Shown piece by piece: positions 50,900 through 62,058 of a DNA stretch of 64,000 nt. The stretch's first letter is position 1, and the number at the start of each line of letters is the position of its first letter. A program made the position numbers and the translations under genes. The stretch comes from Candidatus Baldrarchaeum yapensis (lineage in GTDB: Archaea > Asgardarchaeota > Baldrarchaeia > Baldrarchaeales > Baldrarchaeaceae), in contig JAEOSH010000002.1 of assembly GCA_016840465.1 (NCBI GenBank), forward strand, positions 36,782 through 100,781, given 5' to 3'. Under the pieces are notes generated by a model. That model worked only from the letters and a program-made list of their open reading frames with translations. It was not told the DNA's origin and made no database searches.

Positions 50900-51199
50900 T
50901 CAAAGGGATATTTTAACCCTCTCACGCATAAAATCGAGTATGCCTTCTTTCTCCAGAGCACTTCTTACCTCATCATCGCTGGCATTCTTTGGTATATTTA
51001 TTTTGCGTGGTGTAGGCTCTAGATGCTTGATATTGCATCTTCTTCGCTTAACACCGGACACATCCTTTGGTCCAGTTACCAGTACAAAATTTTTGTCTAT
51101 AATGTCTACGATCACGCACTTTCTTCCAGCTTCTCTTCCCATAGTCTTCACACATATCCTTCCGATATCTATCAGGCGCTCTGCACTCATGACCATCAC
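50900..51199 (-). CDS. rpl14e: Ribosomal protein L14e
   Basis: KOW-like [19 protein letters not shown]. Confidence 0.8.
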   Translation of the reverse strand: MMVMSAERLIDIGRICVKTMGREAGRKCVIVDIIDKNFVLVTGPKDVSGVKRRRCNIKHLEPTPRKINIPKNASDDEVRSALEKEGILDFMRERVKISL

Positions 51200-51747
51200 C
51201 GCACCTTTTGTGATGCTAGGTATTCTTCAATCACAGTTTTTAAAATCTTGAGTACGCTCTCTATTGAAAACTTTTCTGTATTGATCATGACGTCGTATAT
51301 TTTCGGATCAAAAGGCTCCGCTCCATATATCTCCTTATATCTCTTTAATTCGCTCAACTCTCTCTCGAGAGTCTCTTTATATGCCTGTTTATAACTTATG
51401 CCGTCTCTTTTTGCAATTCTCCTAACCCTAACTTCCAAAGGGGCGGTTACGAGTATTTTTAAGTCGGCAATTTCACGTGCAACCCATGCAGTCAACCTTC
51501 CATCAAGAACAACATTGCCCCTTCTGGCCTCATTTAGAGTTGTATTGTCGATCATTCTGTCTATCTCATAATCTTTTTCAGCTTGCTTGCTAAATTCACT
51601 TAATGATAGCCCCTTTTCCTTTGCAAGCCGCCTAAATATCTCTCCTGCGGAAAAGTACCGCAAATTAAACTCCTTTGCTATAAATTTTGCATATGTTGTT
51701 TTTCCACTGCCAGCGGGTCCGCTGATCGCTATTGTTATTTTCTTCAC
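51196..51747 (-). CDS. cmk: Cytidylate kinase (archaeal type)
   Basis: [25 protein letters not shown]-loop. Confidence 0.8.
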   Translation of the reverse strand: MKKITIAISGPAGSGKTTYAKFIAKEFNLRYFSAGEIFRRLAKEKGLSLSEFSKQAEKDYEIDRMIDNTTLNEARRGNVVLDGRLTAWVAREIADLKILVTAPLEVRVRRIAKRDGISYKQAYKETLERELSELKRYKEIYGAEPFDPKIYDVMINTEKFSIESVLKILKTVIEEYLASQKVR

Positions 51748-52019
51748 ATGAACATTCCTCGCACGGTCTCCTTTATCTTACGAGATAGACAATTCGGACA
51801 TAAGTATCCACCATATGGGCGCTCGGGTCTTCTGGAAGATTTTGGCAACTTTCTTAGTTCACTGGGTCTAAGTCTTGGAACGCCTCCCAGCGGTTTTCCA
51901 CAGAGTGCACACTTCGCGAAGTCGACCTTCTTTTTCTCGTAATGAATTACAACGCGACCTCCTGGAGTTCTAACGAAATGCTTTTTCGCAGACCTCGACC
52001 TATACCTTGGTTGCGGCAT
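51744..52019 (-). CDS. rpl34e: Ribosomal protein L34e
   Basis: [18 protein letters not shown]...CALCGKPL. Confidence 0.85.
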   Translation of the reverse strand: MPQPRYRSRSAKKHFVRTPGGRVVIHYEKKKVDFAKCALCGKPLGGVPRLRPSELRKLPKSSRRPERPYGGYLCPNCLSRKIKETVRGMFM

Positions 52020-52035
52020 TCATACATCCCCCAAA

Positions 52036-52536
52036 TCACATCTTTACTGTTAGCTTTCTCAGGAGAGAGCCGAATGAGAAGCTGCAAAGTACGTACCACC
52101 ATATGAAATTTAAACTCCCGATACCGTCCTCATAAACTTGACCAAAGAATGAAGGTACTTCCACAGGAACTAAAACCACCGGGGCGTCGCCATAGACCAT
52201 GTTACGGAGTATCAAAAAGAGCGTTATAAACACTACGGATGATATTATGAAGAACTTGAAGGTTTCCTTTGCGAGTTCCATTTCCAACTTTTTTATCCTC
52301 CTTTCGTGTCTCTTCAACTTTACGAACTTCCTCTCATCCCCCTCTCTGTAAGCTCTCAGCAATTCGGATCTCCATTTCTTTATTTCGCTACTATATCTTT
52401 GAACCTTATTTATGTCTGTAGTTACTTTTTGAATTAGTATCGAGAGAGCTGAGAATAGAAGAGCAAATAGAAGAATGGAAATCGTGGAATACGGCATCGT
52501 TCTTAATGTTTCTATTATATCCGCCATTCTTTTCAC
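52036..52536 (-). CDS. DUF106-family membrane protein (EMC3/Oxa1-like insertase homolog)
   Basis: 3 TM with a central coiled-coil; conserved position between secY and cmk. Confidence 0.6.
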   Translation of the reverse strand: MKRMADIIETLRTMPYSTISILLFALLFSALSILIQKVTTDINKVQRYSSEIKKWRSELLRAYREGDERKFVKLKRHERRIKKLEMELAKETFKFFIISSVVFITLFLILRNMVYGDAPVVLVPVEVPSFFGQVYEDGIGSLNFIWWYVLCSFSFGSLLRKLTVKM

Positions 52537-52539
52537 CCG

Positions 52540-54000
52540 TTATTCTAATCCTAAGAACGCTCTCACTGCCGGATGCAATTCAGCAAGTTGTTCTCTTAGG
52601 ATTAACTGGTAATATTGATAAAGAATATCAACAAAGAGGAGAATTCCCACACCAGTCCCTAATGCCCCTAAGAAGTCTGCAAATACCGCGAGTAGCCCTA
52701 TTAGAATACCGCTGAAAATTGTGACAGGAGGAATGTATCGCTTAAATATTCTTTCTAGAATTCTCTCGGAGGACCTAAATCCGGGAACCTGAAGGCCTGC
52801 CTGTACAAGTTGCTTTGCTATATCAGCGGGAGCCATACCGGAAACTTCGACCCAAAGCACACCGAAAATCACACAAAGTATTAAGAACAGCACCATATAG
52901 GTAACCGCGCGTACTGGGTCCTCGATTACTGCTTGAATACCACGTGGTGGGCTCAGATAATAAGCTAACCCCGTTGTTGGCTTAACAATGCCTTCCTCGG
53001 TAATCTCATACCTTCCAAGTATATCTACTATGAGCCTGAGAAATGCGTTTTCCGAGTCTCCCCATCTTCGCCATGTGAGTTGCGAAGTGAAGAGAATAAT
53101 TGCGTAAAACGCTTGAGCAAATATTACTGGAATCACGGAAACATACATTAAGCGTATTGGATAGGTTCCTCTTATTCCTCTAAATCTAGAATAAGCAACA
53201 GGGATCTCTATTCTACACGTTTCTATATAAACTATTACTATGAAGAGTATTATTGTCGTTATAACTCCCGTCATGTCAGGTAAATTCTTCCCTCTATTTA
53301 ATATGGATATAAGTTCATTCCACTTGCCCGTATTCCAAGCATTGCCCACTGCCTGAAAGAATGCTATCACCGCGCCGTAGGCATAACCATCACCATTGGG
53401 TATAGAAAATGGAGAAAAAGCATTCCACATAATTCTGTCCGCAACACCTGCTATTATGAAAATACTAACTCCGCTACCTATTCCCCAACCCTTTTGTATC
53501 ATTTCATCCATCAAGATGATTATTATCCCCGCAAATAATAATTGGAAGAATATCAGAACTGCTGTGTTGAACGCTATTCTGCCGTATGCACCACTAGCTA
53601 TGTACATTACTGCTTGAACCATTGTGAGTAAAATTGCTAACACCTTTTGAACACCTGTAAAGAGCGCACGATCTTCCGGATCACTCAAATCGATATCTAT
53701 CATTCGAGATCCTACTAGTACTTGCATGAGCAATCCTGCTGTTACTATAGGGCCAATGCCCAACTCTGTTAATGTTCCCCTAGATGATGCAAGAACCACT
53801 CTTATGGAGTAAAAGACGTCGGGAGCATGTGGGGAGTGTGGAATCCCATAAAGCGGTATGTTACTCATAATTATGTATATTATCATGACAAGTAGCGTCC
53901 ATCCCAATTTTTCCCGAAGACTGACTCTACGGGTTGGAGGCTTTACTTCCGGTGTTATTCTTATCAGCGGAGAAAATGCCTGCAGAAATTTACTTGGCAT
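52540..54000 (-). CDS. secY: Protein translocase subunit SecY
   Basis: 486-aa, 10-TM protein; conserved position downstream of L15. Confidence 0.9.
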   Translation of the reverse strand: MPSKFLQAFSPLIRITPEVKPPTRRVSLREKLGWTLLVMIIYIIMSNIPLYGIPHSPHAPDVFYSIRVVLASSRGTLTELGIGPIVTAGLLMQVLVGSRMIDIDLSDPEDRALFTGVQKVLAILLTMVQAVMYIASGAYGRIAFNTAVLIFFQLLFAGIIIILMDEMIQKGWGIGSGVSIFIIAGVADRIMWNAFSPFSIPNGDGYAYGAVIAFFQAVGNAWNTGKWNELISILNRGKNLPDMTGVITTIILFIVIVYIETCRIEIPVAYSRFRGIRGTYPIRLMYVSVIPVIFAQAFYAIILFTSQLTWRRWGDSENAFLRLIVDILGRYEITEEGIVKPTTGLAYYLSPPRGIQAVIEDPVRAVTYMVLFLILCVIFGVLWVEVSGMAPADIAKQLVQAGLQVPGFRSSERILERIFKRYIPPVTIFSGILIGLLAVFADFLGALGTGVGILLFVDILYQYYQLILREQLAELHPAVRAFLGLE

Positions 54001-54002
54001 TT

Positions 54003-54464
54003 CTAACTACCCTCGGATGTCTCGCCTATTTTTATAACCTCACCACCAGCATTTATTATTTTTTCGGCAGCCTTTTCAGAGAACTCTATCGCTTTAACTA
54101 TAAGCGGTCTGGTGACCTTCCCCTTTCCTAACACCTTCTCGTAACCAAGTTTTGTCACGTCTATCACTATTTTGTCATCTTTAAATTCCGCCTTGCCCTC
54201 CTTGGCAAGTCTTTCGGCAATCTCGTCGAGTTCTCCGACATTTATAGCGGATAGTTCTTTAACTAGTCTAAAGTACCTTGTAAATCCGTGCTTTCCAAAG
54301 TAATCAGGTTCATATTTAACGATATATGTCCAGAGGTGCTTATGTCTACCACTCTTTCCTCGACCTCCACGTTGTCCAGCACCTCTATGTTGTCCTACGC
54401 GTCCATAACCATGCGTTCGTGACCCTCGCATTTTTCGCGATTTTTTCCTCCTTCTCACTACCAT
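54003..54464 (-). CDS. rpl15: Ribosomal protein L15
   Basis: RKMRGSRTHGYGRVGQHRGAGQRGGRG. Confidence 0.9.
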   Translation of the reverse strand: MVVRRRKKSRKMRGSRTHGYGRVGQHRGAGQRGGRGKSGRHKHLWTYIVKYEPDYFGKHGFTRYFRLVKELSAINVGELDEIAERLAKEGKAEFKDDKIVIDVTKLGYEKVLGKGKVTRPLIVKAIEFSEKAAEKIINAGGEVIKIGETSEGS

Positions 54465-54479
54465 TGCTTAACCTCCTAA

Positions 54480-54974
54480 TCAGACCATTCTCTCCAATAA
54501 CTCGTTAATAGCTTCACCCCTATATCCGAGTTCCCCGCCCTCTTGGTAATGCCTCTTCTTTGACCCTCTAAATCCTCCCTTGGGTGGATGTAATCGAAAT
54601 ACTGGTTTCATTCTTGGTATGTCTTTCAATTCCGCCTCAAACTTCAAGAAGGCATCAACAAACTCTTCTATAGACTTGAATCTCGTAGTCTTTTGAAGAT
54701 ATTCGTCTGTTATCTTTTTATTGCCCTCTAATCTTCCCCTCTTCCTAATCAGTTTTATTAGCGCTTCCCTGTTTACCTCTCCCCATGTAACATAATCTTT
54801 TACCTTCTGTAACATACCGAGATAACTGGGACGATCATCTATTATAATAGCATGATTTACCTTGTGAAGTCTAAGCATTTTTAAAGTATCTAAAACCTCT
54901 TTACGTACTCCGGGCTCTCCTCGCAATCTTATTACTACTAAACGCTTACTTCTTTGTTGCTCCATTCGAATCAC
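54480..54974 (-). CDS. rpl30: Ribosomal protein L30
   Basis: [25 protein letters not shown]. Confidence 0.9.
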   Translation of the reverse strand: MIRMEQQRSKRLVVIRLRGEPGVRKEVLDTLKMLRLHKVNHAIIIDDRPSYLGMLQKVKDYVTWGEVNREALIKLIRKRGRLEGNKKITDEYLQKTTRFKSIEEFVDAFLKFEAELKDIPRMKPVFRLHPPKGGFRGSKKRHYQEGGELGYRGEAINELLERMV

Positions 54975-54976
54975 CG

Positions 54977-55612
54977 TTACTTCCAGTCCTTTGGAGATAC
55001 GAACTTATAAGTGTTCTTTAAAGCGTCATATACCGCCTTCGCGAAATTATGGGTGGTTCTAGTCTCCCCTAACGTTTTTGTCCATACGTCCTGTATACCT
55101 GCAAGTCTAAGAACGGTTTTTGCCACGTCACCTGCAACTAGTCCTGTTCCACGTGGTGCAGGGATTAGCGTGACCACTACGCTGCCACATTTGCCAGTAA
55201 CTTTAAACGGAACAGAGTGCGGTCGCCCACAACGACATTCCCAGCTTCCACAACCTCTTCTAACAGGTATTATGTTCAATTTCGCATCTATAATAGCTTT
55301 TCTTATTGCTTGACTAACCTCTGCCGCTTTTCCCTCTCCTACGCCAACGTATCCATCTCTATTTCCGATAACCACCGTTGCTCTGAATTTCGATCTTTCT
55401 CCGGCATCAGTTTGACGCTGCACTAGGTTTATGTCTATAACTTCCTCCTCAAGGTTCGGTAATAGCATATCTACTATTTCGACTTCCTTTATCACAAGTC
55501 CTTCCCTGAAGATTTCCTCTATTGACGTAATATGGCCCTCCTTGACTAAACGTCCTACTTTCGTTTTAGGGATCCACTCCTCGAGGTTTGTGGATGTCGA
55601 CCTAACTACCAC
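54977..55612 (-). CDS. rps5: Ribosomal protein S5
   Basis: Typical S5 dsRBD; C-terminal [14 protein letters not shown]. Confidence 0.9.
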   Translation of the reverse strand: MVVRSTSTNLEEWIPKTKVGRLVKEGHITSIEEIFREGLVIKEVEIVDMLLPNLEEEVIDINLVQRQTDAGERSKFRATVVIGNRDGYVGVGEGKAAEVSQAIRKAIIDAKLNIIPVRRGCGSWECRCGRPHSVPFKVTGKCGSVVVTLIPAPRGTGLVAGDVAKTVLRLAGIQDVWTKTLGETRTTHNFAKAVYDALKNTYKFVSPKDWK

Positions 55613-56213
55613 TCTTCACCACCTCGGAGAAACTTTGAAGGATCTGCTCTTTCACTTCTTCAAAGTGTTTGGGAAGATCTTCTGGCCGCAGGCCACGTTT
55701 GATGTATTGTGAAAATTGACGCTGATACCTCTCGGGATCTTGTGACAATAACAGGCTTGCGTATTCTGCTATATGCTCTCCTCTTATACTTTTTTCGTAA
55801 AAGATACCCTCGCCATGCGGGACTTCAAGTCCAGCATCCACGGCACCTTTCAGTGCAGCGAAAACACGACATCCTTTTGACGGTCTATGAAGACCTATAT
55901 CAAGTATAGCCTTCTTTATGCCCTTCTTAAGGGCCTTAAGACCAACTAGAAGCCCAACCAAGTACGCAGCTGGCACATTTCCCGTATAACCCTTCCATCC
56001 ATAATCTCTCACTAATTCTTGCGTGTGGGCAGATACGAGAGTATAGTCTCCCTCGGGTTTTGCAATCACTATTTGCGCGATTGTGTGCTTCAGGCTCTTT
56101 CTTACAACCAGTCTTGGAAGACCGGATATTACCAGTTTTCTCCTAAGATAGTAATTTGTTTTTCCCTCGCGTCTCCTTCTAAACGGCACCTTATATCTTG
56201 AGCCCCTTGCCAT
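55602..56213 (-). CDS. rpl18: Ribosomal protein L18
   Basis: [27 protein letters not shown]. Confidence 0.9.
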   Translation of the reverse strand: MARGSRYKVPFRRRREGKTNYYLRRKLVISGLPRLVVRKSLKHTIAQIVIAKPEGDYTLVSAHTQELVRDYGWKGYTGNVPAAYLVGLLVGLKALKKGIKKAILDIGLHRPSKGCRVFAALKGAVDAGLEVPHGEGIFYEKSIRGEHIAEYASLLLSQDPERYQRQFSQYIKRGLRPEDLPKHFEEVKEQILQSFSEVVKSGS

Positions 56214-56229
56214 TGGTGATCGTACCCCT

Positions 56230-56682
56230 TTATTCTAATCTAACTCTTCTCAGAAGGTTGTTCTCCTCGATGTACATCATCAAGTGTCTGACGCTCTTGA
56301 ACATCCCACCCTTTGCTCTTCTGTAAAGCATCCTATAAACGGATCTTGTAATCAATCTTCTATCTCGCAATTCCCTCAACTTCTTTCTTATTGCACGTAT
56401 TCTCGCCATCCATGCTTCTTTTCTTGGCATTCTTGCCGTCTTTTTACCCTTCTTTGATCCAGGACCTCTTTTGTGTTTCCTCTTTTTGCGCATTTTGACC
56501 CTGATTCTAGAGATTCCCTTCTCGGGCTTGACGCGTATCACACCTTCCTTAATCAGCCTCCTTATATCCTCCCTAGTTGCTGCCATTGAAACTTCATCTA
56601 TCATCTCAGGATCTATCCAGATCCTATTCTCCCCCACGCCCAAAATCTCAGCTGCTAATCTCCTCTTGCTCCGCAAATTCAA
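56230..56682 (-). CDS. rpl19e: Ribosomal protein L19e
   Basis: [25 protein letters not shown]. Confidence 0.9.
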   Translation of the reverse strand: MNLRSKRRLAAEILGVGENRIWIDPEMIDEVSMAATREDIRRLIKEGVIRVKPEKGISRIRVKMRKKRKHKRGPGSKKGKKTARMPRKEAWMARIRAIRKKLRELRDRRLITRSVYRMLYRRAKGGMFKSVRHLMMYIEENNLLRRVRLE

Positions 56683-57094
56683 GGGCTTCCTCCTCCTCTT
56701 CCTCTATAAACTCCCTAGGATTGAGAATCTTAAATCCCATATCAATAGCCTTCTTAACGATCTCCTTTCTCTTCTTTTTGCCCACAGTATGCGCAATTCT
56801 TATGGCATGCTCTTCTGGGTCTAATTTGTCAAGATCTTCGGGTCGGTATACGAGGATTTCCTTGTACCCAGATGGATGCAACCCTCTCACAGCTCTGGGG
56901 GCTCCGTACCCCACAGTTGGCATTTTGCCCCAGCCTTTCCATTTTTGTCGTACTTTGTTATCAATTCCCCTCGGCCTTCTCCAGTTCTCCTTAACCCTCA
57001 CATACCTCCAACTCTCGTACCTCACAAAGTCTGGTTTCTTTCTTTTTAGTCTTTCCCTGAGTCTCAAAAGCTGCTGCTTTGTTTCTAGAGTCAT
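56648..57094 (-). CDS. rpl32e: Ribosomal protein L32e
   Basis: [31 protein letters not shown]. Confidence 0.9.
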   Translation of the reverse strand: MTLETKQQLLRLRERLKRKKPDFVRYESWRYVRVKENWRRPRGIDNKVRQKWKGWGKMPTVGYGAPRAVRGLHPSGYKEILVYRPEDLDKLDPEEHAIRIAHTVGKKKRKEIVKKAIDMGFKILNPREFIEEEEEEALEFAEQEEISS

Positions 57095-57110
57095 AAACTC
57101 ACTCTCCGGA

Positions 57111-57689
57111 TCATATTATGCGTTTAACGACATCTCCCAACTGGCGCTCGTAAAGGTATATTCCATCTTGGAATATCCTTGGATCCTTATCCTTTATTTT
57201 CGTTGCCTGTTGTATGTTTGCGGCCGTCTGCCCTACCTCTTCTATATTTATACCTTCAACCACGACATCGTCCTGCTCAACGCGAACTTTGACATTTCCG
57301 ACAATTTCAGCAACACGAGGAGCCCGTTCACCGAGAAAGTTTTCAATGTACACTTTGTTCCCTTCAACTCTAACGTTTATGGGGTAGTGAGAATACACTA
57401 TCTTAAGACGGTAGACGAACCCCTTTGTCACACCAATGATCATATTTCTGATATGTGCGGCAATCGTTCCAACCATGGCCTTTTCGCGTCTCCTAGGAAA
57501 ATAGGAAAATACCTTGACGACCCTTGAGTTCTCGTCATACTCTATAATCACGGGTGCGTAATCAAAGGCCCGTTCCAAGACCCCTTTCGGACCTTCAACT
57601 CTTACCTTCTTCCCCTCAATGGAAATTTTTACATCCTCTGGAACCTTGACATCAACTTCCACCACTGGAAGTCGTGCCATTGTTATCAC
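57111..57689 (-). CDS. rpl6: Ribosomal protein L6
   Basis: Typical two-domain L6 (VKISIEGKKVRVEGPKG...). Confidence 0.9.
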   Translation of the reverse strand: MITMARLPVVEVDVKVPEDVKISIEGKKVRVEGPKGVLERAFDYAPVIIEYDENSRVVKVFSYFPRRREKAMVGTIAAHIRNMIIGVTKGFVYRLKIVYSHYPINVRVEGNKVYIENFLGERAPRVAEIVGNVKVRVEQDDVVVEGINIEEVGQTAANIQQATKIKDKDPRIFQDGIYLYERQLGDVVKRII

Positions 57690-58091
57690 CTAGTACACGT
57701 ACGCGATCAGCCTTCCACCGATGCCACGCTTTTTCGCCTCACGGTGCGTCATCACGCCTTGTGAGGTGGATACTATCAGTACTCCCACGTCATACGCGGG
57801 GAGGTACCTCTTCTCCCAGTATTCGAACTCATTCTTCTTCACGGGATATCGTGGCTTAATAACTCCACATTTGTTAATTCTACCAAGTAACTGAACTCTA
57901 AATACCCCTGCACGTCCATCGTCGATATACTCGAATTCTCCTATGTAACCTTCCTGTAACATTATTTTAAGAACTGCACCTATCAATTTTGACGCTGGTC
58001 TTATGTACACTTCCTTCTTACCTGCCATCTCGTGATTCATTATGTTCGAAAGAGCATCTGCCAGTGTATCCATGCGGCACATCATGAACAC
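57690..58091 (-). CDS. rps8: Ribosomal protein S8
   Basis: [32 protein letters not shown] start at 58091 or ATG at 58085. Confidence 0.9.
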   Translation of the reverse strand: MFMMCRMDTLADALSNIMNHEMAGKKEVYIRPASKLIGAVLKIMLQEGYIGEFEYIDDGRAGVFRVQLLGRINKCGVIKPRYPVKKNEFEYWEKRYLPAYDVGVLIVSTSQGVMTHREAKKRGIGGRLIAYVY

Positions 58092-58097
58092 CTCCTT

Positions 58098-58259
58098 TTA
58101 TCGCTCACCCAACTTTTTAAACCCCAGTTTCTCGGCAACCTCCCTGAAACATCTTCTACATAACATTAAACCGTACCTTCTAATAATCCCACGGTGAGTG
58201 CCGCAGCGTCTACATGTTCTACTACCCTTACCGAACTTCCTGACTCTCTTCTCATTCAT
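58098..58259 (-). CDS. rps14: Ribosomal protein S14 (zinc-binding type Z; found manually)
   Basis: Minus-strand translation from ATG 58257-58259: [53 protein letters not shown] (53 aa, C-x2-C...C-x2-C). Confidence 0.85.
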   Translation of the reverse strand: MNEKRVRKFGKGSRTCRRCGTHRGIIRRYGLMLCRRCFREVAEKLGFKKLGER

Positions 58260-58265
58260 ACATCA

Positions 58266-58826
58266 TCACCCCTTCACTATCTGTACGCCAAATGTTTCCA
58301 TCAAGTAAACCATGGCTTCCTCTTTAGTCATCCTATGTCTGCGTGGAACCTTTCTCTTACATCTTCTCCTCCTACTGATTCTGTACCCTGGCCTTTCGAA
58401 CGATATACATACATCCATTCCGAATACCCCCAATTCCGGATCGTATTTCGTTCCAGGGATATCTATGTGCTCCTTTATTCCAAAGCTTAAGTTTCCATAC
58501 TCATCGAAACTGCTAACTTTGACGGTGTTGTTTATCGCTGCGAAGGCTTTTCTAAGAAACTCTATTGCTCTTTCTCCTCTCAGAGTTACTTTGCATCCTA
58601 TAGGTTCGCCCTTTCTTATCCCAAATCCTTTTATGGTTTTTCTTGCTTTCGTCTTTACTGGCTTCTGGTTTGTTAGTTGTTCAAGTACTTTCATGGCCTT
58701 TTCTAGCCTCTCGCCGCTCTGACCTACCCCCATATTAACTACTACCTTTTCTATTCTCGGCCTCCTCATGGGGTTCTTTTCCCATTCTTCTAAAATCTTT
58801 GCTTTAATTTCCTCCGAAATTACCAT
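58266..58826 (-). CDS. rpl5: Ribosomal protein L5
   Basis: [21 protein letters not shown]. Confidence 0.9.
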   Translation of the reverse strand: MVISEEIKAKILEEWEKNPMRRPRIEKVVVNMGVGQSGERLEKAMKVLEQLTNQKPVKTKARKTIKGFGIRKGEPIGCKVTLRGERAIEFLRKAFAAINNTVKVSSFDEYGNLSFGIKEHIDIPGTKYDPELGVFGMDVCISFERPGYRISRRRRCKRKVPRRHRMTKEEAMVYLMETFGVQIVKG

Positions 58827-58837
58827 AATTCCACCCG

Positions 58838-59599
58838 CTATTCAAATGCGGATTCTGGTAATGAAATTAAGGGTTTGTCAAATCCTACCGGGAAGACATA
58901 ATTTAGGGGGGCTTGGAAGATGTCTCCCTTTTCATTTTCTAGCACGATAACGGTATATTTCTTACTTATACCCCACCTTATCTCCTTTATCTTACCGATA
59001 CGCCCCATGTTTTTGCCAAGTACAACAAGTCCCAATACGCCTTCCTTCATTGGAACATACTCGAGAATCTCCTGCTCAGGAATTGTTATTTTTAGGGTAC
59101 TCATCGTCTTGTAAATATCCTCCTCCGGTTTCGTCGGATCTTTTACCCTTATGAGAATGTTCCTGCCGTCATGGAGGTTCAATTGTATATGTCCACCTTT
59201 TACCGTAGTTTTGTCCTCGATTCTACATAGTTTATACTTTGCCTCCTCAACTGGAATTCTAAACAGGTCTATGTATCCTCCCTTCAATGGTAACACTCTG
59301 TAAGCTTCCCCAATATCAGGAATCTCTATAACGTTCATTATGCCAACTGGGAACTTATAATTCCTCACAACCACACCATCGACTCTCACTTTGCCCTCTC
59401 CAAGAATCCTTCTTGCCTCACGCGCCGTTTTTGCATATCCAAGTATGTCTCTTATGATTAGGAGGAGAGGCAGAGATGCACCTATGCACCTAGGTCCTGG
59501 ACTGGGCCTGGGTGCCCATTTGTACTCCTTTCTTGGTATGGGCCAGAAATCGGGTGCTGCTAACCTTTTAAGATGCCGCTTGGGCCCCTTCTTCGCCAA
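58838..59599 (-). CDS. rps4e: Ribosomal protein S4e
   Basis: [36 protein letters not shown]. Confidence 0.9.
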   Translation of the reverse strand: MAKKGPKRHLKRLAAPDFWPIPRKEYKWAPRPSPGPRCIGASLPLLLIIRDILGYAKTAREARRILGEGKVRVDGVVVRNYKFPVGIMNVIEIPDIGEAYRVLPLKGGYIDLFRIPVEEAKYKLCRIEDKTTVKGGHIQLNLHDGRNILIRVKDPTKPEEDIYKTMSTLKITIPEQEILEYVPMKEGVLGLVVLGKNMGRIGKIKEIRWGISKKYTVIVLENEKGDIFQAPLNYVFPVGFDKPLISLPESAFE

Positions 59600-59993
59600 T
59601 TTGGAGTGCCTCCCTAGCTTTTGCTTTTCTCTCTATAATTTTTCTTCTCCACTCATCACTCTCATCAAGTTTTACTATCATAACCTTCGAAGGGTGGATC
59701 GGGTAAAATGCAGCTGACCCATCTGCCTTCTGAATTGTTACATTTTTTATATAAAGCCTATATCTCTTCAAATCGACCTTTATAACCTCACCCTCTACTC
59801 CCCTAAAGTTCCCACGCATGACCCTAACAACATCTCCCTTCCTCACTGGCAACCTTTTTATTCCATATTTCCCACGAAGTTCGTCGGAAAGCGGAGCGGT
59901 CATCATCTTTACTCTATGGTGTAAGGGAGCATTGTAGAGATATCTCCTCTGCTTGCGCGGTTGCTTAGTCTTTTGAGGCGGCGCTGCCGGCAT
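59568..59993 (-). CDS. rpl24: Ribosomal protein L24 (KOW)
   Basis: [18 protein letters not shown]...[25 protein letters not shown]. Confidence 0.85.
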   Translation of the reverse strand: MPAAPPQKTKQPRKQRRYLYNAPLHHRVKMMTAPLSDELRGKYGIKRLPVRKGDVVRVMRGNFRGVEGEVIKVDLKRYRLYIKNVTIQKADGSAAFYPIHPSKVMIVKLDESDEWRRKIIERKAKAREALQIGEEGAQAAS

Positions 59994-60003
59994 ATCCCAT
60001 CAC

Positions 60004-60423
60004 CTATATCACGATGCTAGCAATTCTAGCAACAGATGGCCATCTTTCAGCGGCCTCTTTGGCCACAGGTCCGTGAATTTCTGACCCCTTTGCATCACCT
60101 TCAGGTGAAACAACCACTGCCGCGTTGTCCTCAAATGCCACCCAGACGCCATTAGGCCTTCTGAAGGGCTTTCTCTGCCTTATGATTATCGCCCTGACAA
60201 TTTGACGACGCATTGTTGGGGTTCCTTTAGTAACCGATGCAACAACCATATCGCCCACTGCTGCAGATGGTAGTCTTCTTAATCTACCCTTATAACCTAT
60301 CACGCCTATTATTGTAAGCTCTTTTGCGCCACTGTTATCTGCACACTTCACAACGGCACCCACAGGAATTCCCCTGCTGATCTTGAATCTTACACCTAGT
60401 CCTCTCTTTCTTGCTTTTGACAT
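60004..60423 (-). CDS. rpl14: Ribosomal protein L14
   Basis: [26 protein letters not shown]. Confidence 0.9.
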   Translation of the reverse strand: MSKARKRGLGVRFKISRGIPVGAVVKCADNSGAKELTIIGVIGYKGRLRRLPSAAVGDMVVASVTKGTPTMRRQIVRAIIIRQRKPFRRPNGVWVAFEDNAAVVVSPEGDAKGSEIHGPVAKEAAERWPSVARIASIVI

Positions 60424-60776
60424 TACCTCTTCCCTCCTTTCTCAGCTCTTCTGATAACCTCGACCACTACGAAACTTACAGTCTTGCTTAAAGGACGACA
60501 TTCGGCTATTCTTACCCAATCACCCGTTCTTGCGTTGATACAGGGAGGATTATGTGCGGGGATATGAGATTTCCTTCTTTCGTACCTCTTATACTTAGGA
60601 ACATACTTTACGTAATCTCTCCTTACAATTACCGTTTTCTGCATCTTGTCACTAACCACTACTCCAGTGAGCGTGCGCAATCGTACCGGAAGTGAGCCGT
60701 GAAACGGACAATTTGGATCATCGCATTCTCTCTCCGGGGATTTTACATTCAGCCCAATGTTGCGAACCCGTGACAT
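60423..60776 (-). CDS. rps17: Ribosomal protein S17
   Basis: [26 protein letters not shown]...[14 protein letters not shown]. The ORF-track N-terminal 8 aa are probably upstream read-through. Confidence 0.85.
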   Translation of the reverse strand: MSRVRNIGLNVKSPERECDDPNCPFHGSLPVRLRTLTGVVVSDKMQKTVIVRRDYVKYVPKYKRYERRKSHIPAHNPPCINARTGDWVRIAECRPLSKTVSFVVVEVIRRAEKGGKR

Positions 60777-61058
60777 CACTCTAACACCTGCACAAACCAT
60801 GTAACTACTTTACAAGGACTGATTATCATGTTGTGAAAGACCTCTCGTGAAACTTCATTTAAAAATAGCGGCACTAACATGAACGCAGAGTAACGTGAAG
60901 TTTGCACTCCATGTCTGGAGAGAACACACGTTTTTGCCATTCTCTCCGACAATAATGTTTATTATGATAGGGGCTCGTCGTGCTGATATTTTGAATATTA
61001 AGCTTCTAAAGGTTCGAAACTTTTAAATTACTCAATTTGTTAGATGCACGGATGAGAG

Positions 61059-61358
61059 ATGCCTAGGGAGGTAAACAATGTGAGTTCAGAAAACGCGGTG
61101 CTGATAGGGAAGAAGCCACCGATAAGCTACGTGTTAGCAGTGTTAACGCTCTTTCACAGGGGAGCGGACAAAGTCTGTATAAAGGCTAGAGGTAAGGCCA
61201 TAAGTAAGGCCGTTGATGTTGCGGAAATCGTAAGAAATAGATTTTTGACGGATGTTGAGGTCGAGAAAATTGTCACGGGAACTGAGGAAATAAGAACTCC
61301 TGACAATAACGTACTTAACGTTTCAACAATAGAAATATTATTAGCCAGAAAGACTTAA
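61059..61358 (+). CDS. albA: DNA/RNA-binding protein Alba
   Basis: VLIGKKPPISYVLAVLTLFHRGADKVCIKARGKAISKAVDVAEIVRNRF. Confidence 0.85.
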   Translation: MPREVNNVSSENAVLIGKKPPISYVLAVLTLFHRGADKVCIKARGKAISKAVDVAEIVRNRFLTDVEVEKIVTGTEEIRTPDNNVLNVSTIEILLARKT

Positions 61359-61457
61359 CAGCCTTAGAGATACAAGCAATTATAAACATAAGTTTTTGGC
61401 ACTATATAGACGAAGCTTCCAAATATTTTTTAGATCACAACCAAGGAGAGATAGGAA

Positions 61458-61964
61458 TTGAAAGCGCCATTATGCAGTGTCTGTCTGAAAAGTGAAATTT
61501 TCTGCCCCACGTGCCAAGAAAAATTGGAAAAGGGAGAAGTCAGTGAACTCGATGTCAAAGTAATAAAGGAGTTAATAGAGTTAGAAAAAGAATTTCCGGA
61601 ACTCAAAGACGTAGAGTTCAAAAAGAGTCTAGAGGTAGGACCGTTGCTTGTTATAATGTTTTCAGAACACTCATTAACAAAACTCTCTTCCGTTAAAAGA
61701 GCAATTGCAAAGAAGCTTTCTAATGTCTTCAAGAAGAAAATACGACTTATAGAGTCAACAAAGGATATAAGAAGAGTTGCAGAGGAGTTGCTTGCTCCAG
61801 CCCAAGTGCTGGGAGTGAATACTATATGGTTGCCAGATGGTACTTATGAAAAGAAAGTAAGGGTCGAGAGAACTAATAGGAGGAGATTGCCAGCCGATCC
61901 TAGAACTCTCGAAGAAATTTTGCGAACAATATCCAATGAGCCCATAAGAATTGTTTTTGAGTAG
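61458..61964 (+). CDS. Zinc-ribbon + KH-like RNA-binding protein (family uncertain)
   Basis: N-terminal CSVCLKSEIFCPTCQ (C-x2-C-x7-C-x2-C); C-terminal VLGVNTIWLPDGTYEKKVRV resembles a KH/NusA-like fold. Not confidently assigned. Confidence 0.4.
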   Translation: MKAPLCSVCLKSEIFCPTCQEKLEKGEVSELDVKVIKELIELEKEFPELKDVEFKKSLEVGPLLVIMFSEHSLTKLSSVKRAIAKKLSNVFKKKIRLIESTKDIRRVAEELLAPAQVLGVNTIWLPDGTYEKKVRVERTNRRRLPADPRTLEEILRTISNEPIRIVFE

Positions 61965-62058
61965 ATACATATAAGTTCCTGGTGTTCTATTAAATTTGTG
62001 CCAACTAACTAAATCTTTTTTATTGATCTACTCATGCAGTCATTAATGGTGTGGAATT

